From: Epithemia pelagica | Lineage: Eukaryota > Protista > Bacillariophyta | Length of the DNA stretch: 64,000 bases | Assembly: GCA_946965045.2 (NCBI GenBank) | Contig: OX337234.1 | Location: 1,612,001-1,676,000, forward strand | Direction: 5' to 3' | In this document: positions 35,600 through 47,087 of the stretch, one piece after another | Numbering within the stretch: position 1 is the stretch's first letter | How the letters are laid out: the number at the start of each line of letters is the position of its first letter | Notes under the pieces: model-generated | Told to the model about the DNA's origin: nothing | The model's database searches: none | Seen by the model: the letters and a program-made list of their open reading frames with translations, nothing else | Program-made: the position numbers and the translations under genes

Positions 35600-35861
35600 C
35601 CAAGAACAACGTTTCCCAGAGATCAAAGTCTAACTGTTCTCTAGAGTCAATTCTTCTTTGGTTTTAAGTTCTATGCTTGCAGATGAGTTGAACAGATTCT
35701 CTTGTTGACTTCTTTCTTCATCCTCTACGTTGGTTCGTCTTTTGAAAGCATGGTGTGTCTTTCGGCAACAACCCAGCGGTAACGTATACCTATCGCCTTG
35801 TGTACATTGCGTTAAAAATTTCAGCGATCGCATTTTGCAGATTTCAGATGAACAAACAACA

Positions 35862-36665
35862 ATGCCGCGTTTTCAGGTCTCATTGTGGGCGGATGGTATC
35901 AGCTATGGATGGTTTCGAAAACCGAGCTGCTACGCTGTTTTGGAAGATGGGGAAGGCAAAGAAATCGGAAAGACAGAAGCAAAGGAGGCGGATCGAAACC
36001 CTGATTGGGTAAAAATTCTCTTCGTCGATGCGGATGAGGCTCGACTCGTGCCGCTCAAGGTGAAAGTTTACAACAAACGAACATACGAATCCGACCTTAT
36101 TGGGGAATCTTCTTTCGAGGCCACTGAAGTAAATCAGGCCAGTGGGCACACTATGACAAAAGACATGGGGAACGGCACAATCAGCATGTCAATTGTGGAA
36201 TCGGCACCAGCAACATCTGGTAAAGCTAAAATACATTTCCGTGGTCTGGATATCCGTAACGTGGAACCCGGCTTTCTCGGTCTTGGCAGGTCGGATCCAT
36301 TTTTTGAAATTGCGAAGAAAACAGCACAAGCGAGCACTGGGACCTCTCGCTGGAATGTTGTTTACCGGAGTGAATCCATCGAAGATCATCTAAATCCGTT
36401 TTGGGAACCTTTCCAAATTGGTCTTGAAGAAGTTTGTGATGGGGATCTTGATGCGCGATTAAGAGTGGCCGTATTCGACAACAAGAAGGGTGCTCACAGA
36501 TTAATTGGAAGTTTTGAAGCGAGCTTGAACCAGATCATGGAAAGAATTGGAATAAAAGGGAATGCAGATCGCGATATGGCCTTTGAATTGGGCAATGAAT
36601 CAAGCACTGACAATTTTGGACTTCTATGTGTCCTCACATGCGAAATCATGCCGAACGACCAATGA
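35862..36665 (+). CDS. Copine-like protein with two C2 domains, no vWA domain
   Basis: NPDWVK, GRSDPFFEI, RSESIEDHLNPFWEPF, LRVAVFD, LIGSFEASL. The likely ATG is 35862 (MPRFQVSL). Confidence 0.8.
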   Translation: MPRFQVSLWADGISYGWFRKPSCYAVLEDGEGKEIGKTEAKEADRNPDWVKILFVDADEARLVPLKVKVYNKRTYESDLIGESSFEATEVNQASGHTMTKDMGNGTISMSIVESAPATSGKAKIHFRGLDIRNVEPGFLGLGRSDPFFEIAKKTAQASTGTSRWNVVYRSESIEDHLNPFWEPFQIGLEEVCDGDLDARLRVAVFDNKKGAHRLIGSFEASLNQIMERIGIKGNADRDMAFELGNESSTDNFGLLCVLTCEIMPNDQ

Positions 36666-36933
36666 TACACGTGATCTTTGTTGATGGATTCAATTATCGA
36701 GAGAGATCTGGCACCTCTAACTACCGGAGTAACCTCCCATTGCTCAATACTAGAGGAGTAGATCACATAGTTCACTCCAATACGCCATAGTCAATTCGTG
36801 GTACGTTTGGTTCGTGATTGGAAATTGGAATGGCCGTCGGCCGGACAGACCTGCACAGTTTTTGCTGCCGTCGCCACATCCACACGCCGCGAGAAACCAG
36901 CAACGCACCGGTTCCCGGAGAACACCGACGGCA

Positions 36934-39900
36934 ATGGCGTCTTCAACGTTCTTTCACAAGCCAGAGCTTGCTCTTCGGAGGGCTCTGGAGCTTCAAGGAA
37001 TCGATCAGGATGATGCCGCGCTCGAATTGCTTCATGAGGTCATTTCGAGTCGAAGACAGCGTACTTGGAGTCCTGCCTTTGAGCAAATCATGATTGCGTA
37101 TTTGGATTTATGCCTAAAGTTGCTTCGGTCTAGGGAAGCCAAGGACGGCTTGCATCAGTACCGCAACCTTAGTCAGTCTCAAGCACCAGGGTCATTGGAA
37201 AAGGTCATCCGTTATCTCATGGACGCGGCCGAGAAAAAATGTAGCGACGCCAAAGCCTTGGTGGATGCCGAGCTGGATGGTATTGAAGATGACGACTTTG
37301 GAGCGTCTCCGCAATCAATTCTGCTTTCCACCATGTATATGGATCCAAGCAAGTCACAACGTGATTCTGCAATGTTGTTGCCTGCTCTTAAGTTCCTTTG
37401 GGAGACTTACAGGGCCGTCCTAGATATCCTTCGATCCAACTCCAAACTGGAACATGTGTACCATGTAGCCGCACAGAATGCGCTTCGCTTTTGCCGTACC
37501 TATCGGCGTCGTATGGAATTTCGGCACCTAACAGACATGTTGCGAACGCATTTGGGAAACCTTCGGCAACATGGGAACTTGTTCGACACGGAAGAGTCCT
37601 CGAAAACCAGTAACAAGGTAAGTTGCGTTGCATGAACAAGCCCCAGTTCCTCCTTTCATTTTTCTCATCGAGTCCATTTCGGCTAACAGGTTAGGGGCTG
37701 GGATGGTTGGAATGCGGAATCTATTGAGATGCATTTGCAAACTCGGTTTGCTCAGTTGGAGACAGCCTCTGTTTTGCATAGGTACACTGAAGGATTTCGT
37801 ACATGCGAAGACATCTTCAACATTCTTCAGATCAGCCAGGCTCGCCGCAAGATAGATCCCGATGCACCTCCTCCCAAGGCCAAACTCATGGCCTCCTACT
37901 ATGAGAAACTCACGACTCTTTTCTGGGTATCGGAGAACCATCTGTTCCATGCCTATGCCTGGTTCAAGTATTTTGCTCTTTGTAAAGAATACAACCGTGG
38001 CATGTCGGAAGATACCAAGCGCATGCTCGCATCTGCTGTGCTCTTGGCGGCCCTGTGCATCCCCTCGCTACCTCAGCAGGCAGGATTCACCAGCAACGAA
38101 AAGCAACACGGGATCGCGAGTACCGCCGAGGATGATATTGTCAAGCAAAAGATGGCTCGAATGTCAACCTTACTTGGTTTCCACACTCGAAACCCCACCA
38201 GAGAAGCACTCTTGACTGAAATTCGTTCGAAGGATCTTTTGGGACAGGTCCCTGAGTATCTTCGCAAACTCTATTTCCTCTTCGAGGAAAATTCGGACCC
38301 ATTGATTATGGTGGAACAGGCCCAGCCACTTTTGGAACAACTCAAACTTGAGATTGGCAACACCATCGAAGTGGGAGAAAACAATGAAGATGTTGAGGAC
38401 ACTACCCTGGGTCGGTATGTCAAACCCTTGACGTCTGTTTTGCTCTTGAAGCTTATTGTGAACTTGTCAAAGGCATATCATACAGTCAGTATTGACTTTT
38501 TGAAGTCTTTGACTGCTGGTCTCGAGATGTCGTTTGAACAAGTGGAAAAGAGTCTTGTGCTTTTCACTCAAACGAAGACTTTGTCGGTTCGCATTGATCA
38601 TCGTGCTGGCTGCTTGCGTTTCGGCGACACGCAGCTGGAGTCGGACTTGATGCGTTCTCAGCTCACTGTTTTGTCAAAGCAGTTGGAAGCGATTTCGCAT
38701 GTCCTCCGTCCACAGGACCAGAATGCCATCGAGAAGCGCCGGAGTGCATTGTATGGTGAGATTCGAGACGGCCTTGCTTCTGAGCATACGCGCATTATCG
38801 AGAGAAAGAATCTAATTGAGAAGCGCAAGGAACTGGAGGAGCGCATTGCGCGAGAGAAAGTCGTTCAAGAAGAGAGAAGAAAAGCCGAAGAAGATGCCGA
38901 ACGAAAGAAGGAGGAGGAACTGCGCATCAAGCAAGAACATATACATCGTGAACGTGCGAAGCAACAGAAGATTCAACAGGAACTCGAAAACAAGGAGAAG
39001 AAGCGTTACCTGGAAGCAATGGGCCAAAAAGCCGAGGAGATTTCCGAAGCGCAGATCGCAGCAATGAAGACAGAAGAACTTGAGCGAAAGCATCAAGAAG
39101 AGGTGAATCGAAAGAAAGAAGAGGCCGAACGTAAAACCAAGGAAGCTGCGAAGAAGCTCGACTACCTTGTCCGAGCGATCCGTATCGAATCTCTTCCTTT
39201 GATAAAGAAGAAATACGATGAGAAAGTGAAGCAAGATCGGGAACGTTATGAACAAGAGACGGTGGAAAAGGTAAAGATGGCGAAGGAGCAATGGGAAGAA
39301 GATGTAAAAGCGAAGTCAGCTCTCGAGGGTCATCGCGTCTTTGAATACATGACAAAATTTGAGGATCTAGTCATGGTAGGTAGAAAAGCGACACACAGAG
39401 TTGCCTGCAAAGAAGCAGATGCTGCAGCGGAAGTCGAAGCCGAGAAGGCGAAAATTCGAAGGGCGCGGAAGCGTCGAGACGATGAGATTAAGAAACGCTT
39501 GGATGAAGAGAAACGGGCGAAGGAAGAAGAGGAACGTAGAAAGAAAGAAGAGGAGGAGGAACGCGCACGAGAAGAGGAACGTCGTGCTCAGGAGGCAAAA
39601 GACCGAGCAAATCGCGAAGCCGAAGCGCAGAGGGAAGAGGAAGAACGGAAATCTCAACAGCCACGAAAGTATGTGCCGCCATCTATGCGAGGAAAGGGTG
39701 GAGGCACAGGTAGTAAGTTTGGAGGCGACGAGTTTTCTGGTGGCGGGCGATACACGAACGACCGTCGTGCAGGATTTGGCGACCGGGGGGATCGCCGTCC
39801 CGGTGAAGGAGAACGCCGTGGTGGTTTTGGTGATCGTCGAGATGATCGCCGTGGTGGTTTTGGTGATCGTCGTGATGGCGGTTTTTCATCAGATCGTCGA

Positions 39901-40038
39901 GCCGGTGGAGATGACCGTGGTGAGAGACGTAGTGGTGATCGCGGCTTCGGAGACAGACCACGGTACGGAGATCGTCGCGATGGTGGTGGTGGTGGTGGAG
40001 GTGAACGCAGTGGCGGAGGCGACAGGTGGCGTAAATGA
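36934..40038 (+). CDS. EIF3A: Eukaryotic translation initiation factor 3 subunit A; exons 36934-37617 and 37690-40038
   Basis: FHKPELALRRALEL, HQYRN, KFLWETYRAVLDILRSNSKLE, HLQTRFAQL, a long charged coiled coil and an RGG/DR-rich tail. Intron GTAAGT...CTAACAG is in frame. Confidence 0.96.
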
Positions 40039-40197
40039 GAGTACAAAATTGACAGATCATAATCAGCAGTTGCACTCTATAATATCGGCTTAGGAAAGTG
40101 CTACCAAAATTCTTTATAAGCTGTTATCTATCCGAACCCATATTAATGACACTTCATTTTGCCAGTCTACCATTGAAGTTTACGTACTATACCATTT

Positions 40198-42088
40198 TCA
40201 CATCAACTTCGATCCCTTCTCTACATTTTCCGGTTCCTTGATTATGCTCTCCTTCGTTCTGATTACTTCATGGCTTCCCCCACCAGCGGAGGGCATTGCT
40301 TCAATAATGCAACCCACCTCTTTCAACCAAGTTTTGTCAGATATCTGCAAACAATCATATACGAAATTAACTTCCAAGGTCGGTCGGTATGCACAACACA
40401 TTCGTTCAAGAGCACTTCTGCGAAATATCGGTGCCATTTTCTCCAGCAGAAAATTTTGAAAGCCGTAATTGGAAGGATACAAGCGAGAGAAAAACTCTTG
40501 ATAGTTGCCATCCTGTGCCGCAGAAAGAACATCCAGCGCGTGCTTGACAGACGGCTCAGTAGTTTTTTCGCTCCCAAGTATGTCTTTCATGTCAATGGTA
40601 GCTTTGTCACTGTGTAGACTCAAATAAACTGCATACAAAATACGATAGGAAAGAAACTCCGACCTATTCGGAAAAGTGGCACCTTCGACGGTGGGGTACA
40701 GATATTTGAGTTGCGTCTGGCACTGGTTAAACTCATTCATGTCTGCAATACCAAAAGATATTTGAGTATGAGAATATGGCTGGACGGGATCGGCGTCAGA
40801 GATAAGATGAAATCTTACCTCCATTTTCCAAGGCAACTTTGGCATGATACTCGTAAACAAAAACACAGAACTCATTCTTCAGGTGCTGCACTGTGCAATC
40901 TTGACGAATTGCTTTGAGTTGGGAACAAAACCACAAGTAATCACGACGTCGTTTCAAATCAGCATACTCGCTCTGCAAATTACGAAAATGTTCTTCCAGA
41001 ATGGGCTGTGGACGGACCAACTCTGGTTTGGGTGCTGAGGTGAGGCGCAAATACTCTTTTTCCAAGACTCGACAAGTACCAACAATAACATCGCCCTGAC
41101 TGCCTTCTTCAAAAGACTCGAATGAATTTTGTTGAAGAGAAGTGGCGAAGCGTTTCGCTCTTCGGGTTAGCGTGTCACTCGAGCTATTAAAGCCGGATGT
41201 TGCGTCCAAAGACTTTTTTCGCTTCGGGGAACCTGCAGGAGAAAAAGAAGAGGTAGAAGAGGCGGCGGAAGGACCGTAATAACTATCATTGACCGACGAC
41301 GACGACGACTGAAGGTAAGTCCGTTTGCTAGAAACCAAAGCTTTCGAATTTTTCTTACTGCTCTGCTTTTTCTTCGGTGATTTGTTCAAGGGATTGAGCT
41401 TTGGTGGAACAGTGCTAATCTCTCCTGTGAAGGAAGAGATGGATGGAGGTGGGGCAGTATTCTTGTTCTCACCGACACACGACGAGATCAACGGTTCCAT
41501 ACTCCAATCCTTCTTATGTAACTGACCCTCCTTAATTGAATTTTGGAGAACAAGCTTTGTATCGGCGATCATTTGATCCTTTTGCTGTTGCGTCTTGCAT
41601 TGCTGCAAACATCGATCTACGTAAACATGGAATGACTTGGGATCCGGTCCTGAATTCACTTGGGATTGAACTGTATTTACCTGTTGTACATTCTGCTGTG
41701 ACGACATTGCTGTCGAGGGATTACTCGCGTCAGAGCCGGGTGGAGCTGGCGGCAGATCATGCGGCGGAGCAGTCGTAGAGTATGGGTTTTGATGAAAGAA
41801 ATGGGCTGCTCGACTTGCCAAATCCGCATAGTATGTCGCCCATTCTTTCTCCGACTTTGTTGAAGCAGATGAGTCCGCGATTGCTTTCCATTCATGATAG
41901 TATCGAGTATACAAACCAATCTTGTTCGCATGTGAGAGAGGTTGTTGATGCTGTTGTTGTGGTTGCTGCTGCTGCTGCTGCTGAAACGAAGACACCATAG
42001 AGGACCCCGAAGAGAATCCACCATTATTCAGCGCTCGACCTGGCTGAAACCCAGTCCAGTTGCTTCCTGTGCGATAATTCATATTCAT
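40198..42088 (-). CDS. SAC3/GANP/THP3 (LENG8-like) PCI-domain protein; exons 42088-40819 and 40742-40198
   Basis: IVGTCRVLEKEYLRLTSAP...VRP, SQLKAIRQDCTVQH, VYEYHAKVALENG|DMNEFNQCQTQLKYLY. The 76-bp GT-AG intron is in frame. Confidence 0.92.
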
Positions 42089-42429
42089 TGAGGGAACAGA
42101 GTTATCACAACTTCTCTATCCATTGTTCTTCTTCTCGAGAATGGACAATCGACACTGATTTTCGACTTTAGAGGGTGAAAGGTGAAAGGTGAAAATCTGG
42201 CCATGAGGGGGGGGGCGCTGTAAAGAGGGGGCCGTCCGTCACTCGCATCTTTATCCCTAGTCCTATTAGTCAACCTATGGTGCTTTGTGGTCCAACATAG
42301 GGGTATTCTCAGTAGAATAGGAGTACTTCTTCCTACTCCTAGGAGTAGAGGGCACGTTGAAGCCCACTTGTTCGACTATTCCTACGAATCCCTATTTCTC
42401 GGCATATTGTCGGGGACCGTTGGTGTGGA

Positions 42430-44559
42430 TCACCCATTGTTCCTCCTGCTCCTACCTCCTGCACCCCTTCCCAGCACCACGTTCCAAACCAACGATGCCA
42501 TGACGACGAACATGGCAGTTGCTGTGGATTGCATGATCCCTTGATTCCATTGACGCTTTTGCCATATTTCGTGATAGGTCCAAATACGTGGGTCGTGTTG
42601 TTGGAGTAATTGGACCGGAGAGGGATGAAACAACCAGTCGTCTTGACCCAAGATGCGAGCAAGACGTTGAAACCCATGGTGTTGAATCCAGCGACTGGCT
42701 TGAAACTTGAATTGTTGCAGCCGATCGCCCCATGAGCGTAAATTGTATTGATAGGGTGCCATATGAGGCATGAGACGACAAATGGCCTCGGCTTCTTGGA
42801 CCGATTCGTGATTGTACCGTTCCCATGCCTGGATCAACATGGCATCTGGACTGTCGTCCCTGGGGTCCTTGGGTTCGGTGGACGTCGTCCATGACGACGA
42901 CGACGACGACAAGGTTTGCACCATGCGTTGGACATCCAACAATCCACTTTGCAATCCTTGTCCTACATCGGGTGGGAAATGACACAGGGCGTCACCCAAC
43001 AAGGCCACAAAGGCGGGCCGCGACAATGACTGTGTTGTTGCCGAAGAAGAGGGAGCGGCGACACGTTTGGTAGTGGCCGCGGTCCGACACCAAGCCGGTT
43101 GGCAAAAGACAATGGCATTGTTGTGATGATGATTGTTGGTCACAAAGGCTTGGACGGAGTCGGGTGCCATGGTCGTTCGGGCTTGCAATTGGGGCCATTC
43201 TCGATCCAAGGCTTGATACACTTGTTCGGTGGTGGAAAAGGGTTGATACAAGAAAAAATTGGCCCGTCGTGCCATGCCCGCCGGTCGATGAGTCGCATGG
43301 GGTACCATGTGAGGCAAGAGGGTCAAGGATTCGCCACTGGTCCCATGGACAAAGACAATGTCTTCGGGATGAATCGTCACTGCAGTAGTAGTAGTGTTTG
43401 CAGGAGTAGAGTTGGTTGTGTTGGTGGTAGATGCCGGAGGACCGACATGGGTGTTTGTCGCGTTCATGCTATTGTTTGATTCGAAGACGACCGTCCGGGG
43501 CGTTTGCACCCACAAACTCTTGTAAATCAATCCAGCACTGGGACAGGACACGCGAGACAAACCAAAGGGATTCTTGTTGTTGTTCCGCCACCACCAGCCA
43601 CTGGTTGGGGAGGATGGTTCGGGGTCCTGTCGTAAGGAGTAACGAACGACGGAATGAATGCCATCGCATCCAAACAAAAAGGGAGCACGCACGGTACAGT
43701 GTTGGATGGTAGTAGAAGTCGTCGTAAGGTTGATCATTTCCTCATGTTCCTCCTTGTCGTCCTCTTGTGGTTGCGACGACGACGACGACACGACGAGGTG
43801 GGCCAGGGTACGATTCGTCGGCGGATCCCAATCGTACTGAATGGAATGGACTCGTGTGTCATGTCGAATGGTCACTTGAGGGGCATAATGGCGTTGCTCC
43901 AGCACACGTTCCATGGCTTGAAGGTAGAGCTCTCGTTGCATACTGAATCGACGGGGCGGTTTCTGGGTGTGATTGTTGTTGACCGCCACTGCTTGTCCCA
44001 CAATGCCGGGGGCACGAGAAGACGACGACGACGACGATGATGATTGTGTGGACGTGTTGGTTGTGGTTGTGGTTGTGGTGGTGGTCGAGTCCACGGTGAG
44101 GTGTCCAAAGGTTTGGGTTTGCACGTAATTGTCGGGCGTCCAGATATGAACGGGACGATCCATGGGTCGAGGATACCGAAAGGAATGCATGACTTGGTTC
44201 AATGCCTCCACGATGGTAAGAGAATGATTGTCTTGTGGTTGTTGTTGGTCCAAGGATTCCAAGGCGACAATGCTGCGTTCCGTCAAACCAATAATATACG
44301 AGGAGGAATCTCGTGTGTTGTTGGCAGCCCTGGAGGAGGGACGGCCTTCGATTACTAGAATCCGTCGAATGTCCGCTGTCAGTTGTTGTCGTTGGGAGGC
44401 ATGCGCCAGTCCAATGGCCAAGGCCAATCCCACGGGTCCTCCTCCGACAATAATGGCGTCAAAGTAGCCGTCGTCCGCTCCTCCTCCTTGGGTGTTGTTG
44501 TTGTCGTCGTCAGACACGTGGACGTTGTCGTCGTCTGGTTGGTTCACCACCACCACCAT
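42430..44559 (-). CDS. FAD-dependent monooxygenase (kynurenine 3-monooxygenase-like family) with low-complexity insertions
   Basis: IIVGGGPVGLALA, FLFGCDGIHSVVR, LLGDALCHFPPDVGQGLQSGLLD and a C-terminal hydrophobic helix. The likely ATG is 44559. Confidence 0.85.
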   Translation of the reverse strand: MVVVVNQPDDDNVHVSDDDNNNTQGGGADDGYFDAIIVGGGPVGLALAIGLAHASQRQQLTADIRRILVIEGRPSSRAANNTRDSSSYIIGLTERSIVALESLDQQQPQDNHSLTIVEALNQVMHSFRYPRPMDRPVHIWTPDNYVQTQTFGHLTVDSTTTTTTTTTNTSTQSSSSSSSSSRAPGIVGQAVAVNNNHTQKPPRRFSMQRELYLQAMERVLEQRHYAPQVTIRHDTRVHSIQYDWDPPTNRTLAHLVVSSSSSQPQEDDKEEHEEMINLTTTSTTIQHCTVRAPFLFGCDGIHSVVRYSLRQDPEPSSPTSGWWWRNNNKNPFGLSRVSCPSAGLIYKSLWVQTPRTVVFESNNSMNATNTHVGPPASTTNTTNSTPANTTTTAVTIHPEDIVFVHGTSGESLTLLPHMVPHATHRPAGMARRANFFLYQPFSTTEQVYQALDREWPQLQARTTMAPDSVQAFVTNNHHHNNAIVFCQPAWCRTAATTKRVAAPSSSATTQSLSRPAFVALLGDALCHFPPDVGQGLQSGLLDVQRMVQTLSSSSSSWTTSTEPKDPRDDSPDAMLIQAWERYNHESVQEAEAICRLMPHMAPYQYNLRSWGDRLQQFKFQASRWIQHHGFQRLARILGQDDWLFHPSPVQLLQQHDPRIWTYHEIWQKRQWNQGIMQSTATAMFVVMASLVWNVVLGRGAGGRSRRNNG

Positions 44560-44693
44560 GGTTGTTGTGGGACAATGAACGACCAACGACGACCACACGA
44601 ATGGAAACGAGTGTGGTTTGCTCCTCGTCTCTCTTCTCTCGAATCCTCCTCTCCCAACTCCAACACCTGCAACGACAAGCAAGGAGATTTCAA

Positions 44694-44787
44694 GTGGTTG
44701 GTTGAAAAGAGGAGAGCACCACAAGATTTTTTATAAGATATACTATGGATATTTTCCATTTTTCTTCTCATAGATTTTATTTTCCGA
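44694..44787 (-). repeat. ~85-bp dispersed repeat, copy 1 (inverted relative to 49127-49210)
   Basis: The reverse complement reads TCGGAAAATAAAATCTATGAGAAGAAAAATGGAAAATATCCATAGTAT..T.TAAAAAATCTTGTGGTG, matching 49127-49198. Confidence 0.85.
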
Positions 44788-45081
44788 ACCACACAATTCA
44801 CTCCCTAGCGGGCGAGGATAACAGGGTTAGAAACAATCCCGCTAGGAGGTGATACACAATTGCGGAGAAACTTCGCGCGTATGGCGGTCGCGTGGCACTT
44901 GCGTGCCACACCACACACCATGACAGTGCCATCATTCGACCACCTGGAATTCTTCTGAAGCATCAATCGTATTTTTATCATCATTGTGCCACTATTATTA
45001 TCCCTTGTTTGGTGTATTGCCAGAAAGTGACAACGAACAGAGTACTATCCAAAGACGAACTGCAGCATTGGAGTGGAACGG

Positions 45082-46734
45082 ATGGAGACCCAGGTTCCCG
45101 ACCGAGAGATTCCAGTGACGACCAGCACGCAGGGAAACCAATCGACCACGAGCAGCAGTAGCATGGAGTGTCCCTACGCCGTGGCATTGCTGCAGCCCAG
45201 CAGCAGTCATTCTCGTCATGCTGCGGAGGAAACGGATGGAACGAGTGTCCAATCGGCGGATGATGCGTCGGTCGAAGATTTGTTGACCGCGACACGATTG
45301 AATTGTCCCGCCTTTGCCAAGGCCAAGGGATGTCCCTTCAAACATGCGTCCAGTCCGAATCAAGTCAAGGAAACACTCTTGCAAATTCCGCCCTCCCATT
45401 ACGAAATGTCCTCCTTTATGCAAGTCTTGCAAGGACTCCATGCCACATCGGGGACCTTGGCGGCGCCAGAGAAGGATCACTATCAGTTGCCTGGGGGATG
45501 TCCGGTCCCTCCGTCCATCAAATCCAGTGTGCCGGCCGGGGGTTTTCGGCATGTCTTGGAAACCATGTCGTTGGCTGCCATTATGGCTCAAATGGCACAA
45601 GAATTGGAAGACACTGATGAATTGGAAGGGTCCACCGACTTTGTTGAGGCTTCTATGATAACGGAAAACGTGGAATCCAACCCCCCTCTGGTCGACACGG
45701 CAACCGCATCCTCTCCCAAACCTACTACAACGAGCCAAATAGCCACACCACGCTTGTCGCAATCGCTCAAAACCGGAACGGCTGTGGCACACGAAGCGGC
45801 GGAAAATGTGCATTTTGTCAAGAATTTTATTCGTGGTCAAATCGATCGCCGGTTGTACGGAGACATGGTCGTGTCCTTGTACCACGTCTACAAGGCTCTG
45901 GAAGATGCCTTGGACCAGCATGGACCTGTGGAGTTTCCACAATGTCATTTTCCCACGGAATTGTCTCGAACGGGCGCCTTGCAAGACGATGTGGAATTTT
46001 GGCAGGCACCCCTCCCACCGCCCCCCAGTCCCGCAACAGTGGACTATGTGGCTCGCATTCAGTATTTGGCCAACGAAGAGCCCTTGTTGTTGTTGGCGCA
46101 TTCCTATACCCGGTATTTGGGCGATTTGAGTGGCGGCAAAATTTTGGAACGGGTGGCCCGACGAGCCTTGTATTTGGATCGACCGGCGCAGGGTGGTCCC
46201 ACGCAAGGCTTGGCCTTTTATCATTTTGCGCAAATTCCTTCGGCCAAACGCTTCAAGGATGACTATCGCCAAGCCTTGGATGATTTGCCCTTGTCGGCGA
46301 TTCAAATTCAACGATTGGTCCAAGAAGCCAATGTCGCCTTTTTACTCAATATGCGACTCTTTGAAGAATTAGATGTCGCCGCCCACATTCCGCATGCCTC
46401 GGTACGGCCCTTGGAAGATGTGTTACGAATCGGACCCGACCATGTGGATTCGACGCTCCCTTCCGACCACCACCACAATCCCGATTCGGCCACACGTTCG
46501 AGTGCGGATTCGTCCTCCGAGAATAAGTGTCCCTTTCTCGTGGAAAAACAGGCTGCTGCCGCTGCAAGGACGGGGGAACCATCCACCCACCATGCAGTGG
46601 CTTCCACCAAAGAAGCCAGTCGTTGTCCATGGCCCTTTGTCGTCTTTCATGACCCTCGTCAATTTGTACGGGATTGGCAAACCTGGGCCTTGCTGGGCAT
46701 TTTCTTGTGCGTGCTCTATTCGCAGTGGATGTAG
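45082..46734 (+). CDS. Heme oxygenase with N- and C-terminal extensions carrying six Cys-Pro motifs and a C-terminal membrane anchor
   Basis: LSQSLKTGTAVAHEAAENVHFVKNF, LLLAHSYTRYLGDLSGG, VQEANVAFLLNMRLF. CP motifs ECPY, NCPA, GCPF, GCPV, KCPF, RCPW. Confidence 0.92.
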   Translation: METQVPDREIPVTTSTQGNQSTTSSSSMECPYAVALLQPSSSHSRHAAEETDGTSVQSADDASVEDLLTATRLNCPAFAKAKGCPFKHASSPNQVKETLLQIPPSHYEMSSFMQVLQGLHATSGTLAAPEKDHYQLPGGCPVPPSIKSSVPAGGFRHVLETMSLAAIMAQMAQELEDTDELEGSTDFVEASMITENVESNPPLVDTATASSPKPTTTSQIATPRLSQSLKTGTAVAHEAAENVHFVKNFIRGQIDRRLYGDMVVSLYHVYKALEDALDQHGPVEFPQCHFPTELSRTGALQDDVEFWQAPLPPPPSPATVDYVARIQYLANEEPLLLLAHSYTRYLGDLSGGKILERVARRALYLDRPAQGGPTQGLAFYHFAQIPSAKRFKDDYRQALDDLPLSAIQIQRLVQEANVAFLLNMRLFEELDVAAHIPHASVRPLEDVLRIGPDHVDSTLPSDHHHNPDSATRSSADSSSENKCPFLVEKQAAAAARTGEPSTHHAVASTKEASRCPWPFVVFHDPRQFVRDWQTWALLGIFLCVLYSQWM

Positions 46735-47087
46735 TAGTCATGAGTGGTGTGGGCAAGGAGAGTCTTGTTCCAAAAAGGCTGCGGCACGGCTGGTGGGCCT
46801 TGGGCGTTTGTCGGAATGCCACCGTCCCGACTGTCGGATTTGCCGGCACGTCCTGCACAGTATGACATGGTTGTTGCAAACAACTCTGTTCTTTTGCCAC
46901 TGGCCGACTCACGCAATTGGCATTCCTTGTGGTTTGCTGGCCGTGACAACATGTTTATATATTACATATACGGAACACGATTCTAGGTAGTTCTTGTAGA
47001 AACCAAACTTGTTAGATAATACTAAATAATGGAAATGGATTCAAGCAACGATAATGAAAATAGATTTAACTTTGATACATCCTTTGT

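Noticed and set aside
44816-44827. GGATAACAGGGT, resembling the I-SceI site / LSU rRNA motif, inside a CCTAGCGGG...CCCGCTAGG hairpin
   Set aside because: Only a 12-bp match with no flanking rRNA similarity.
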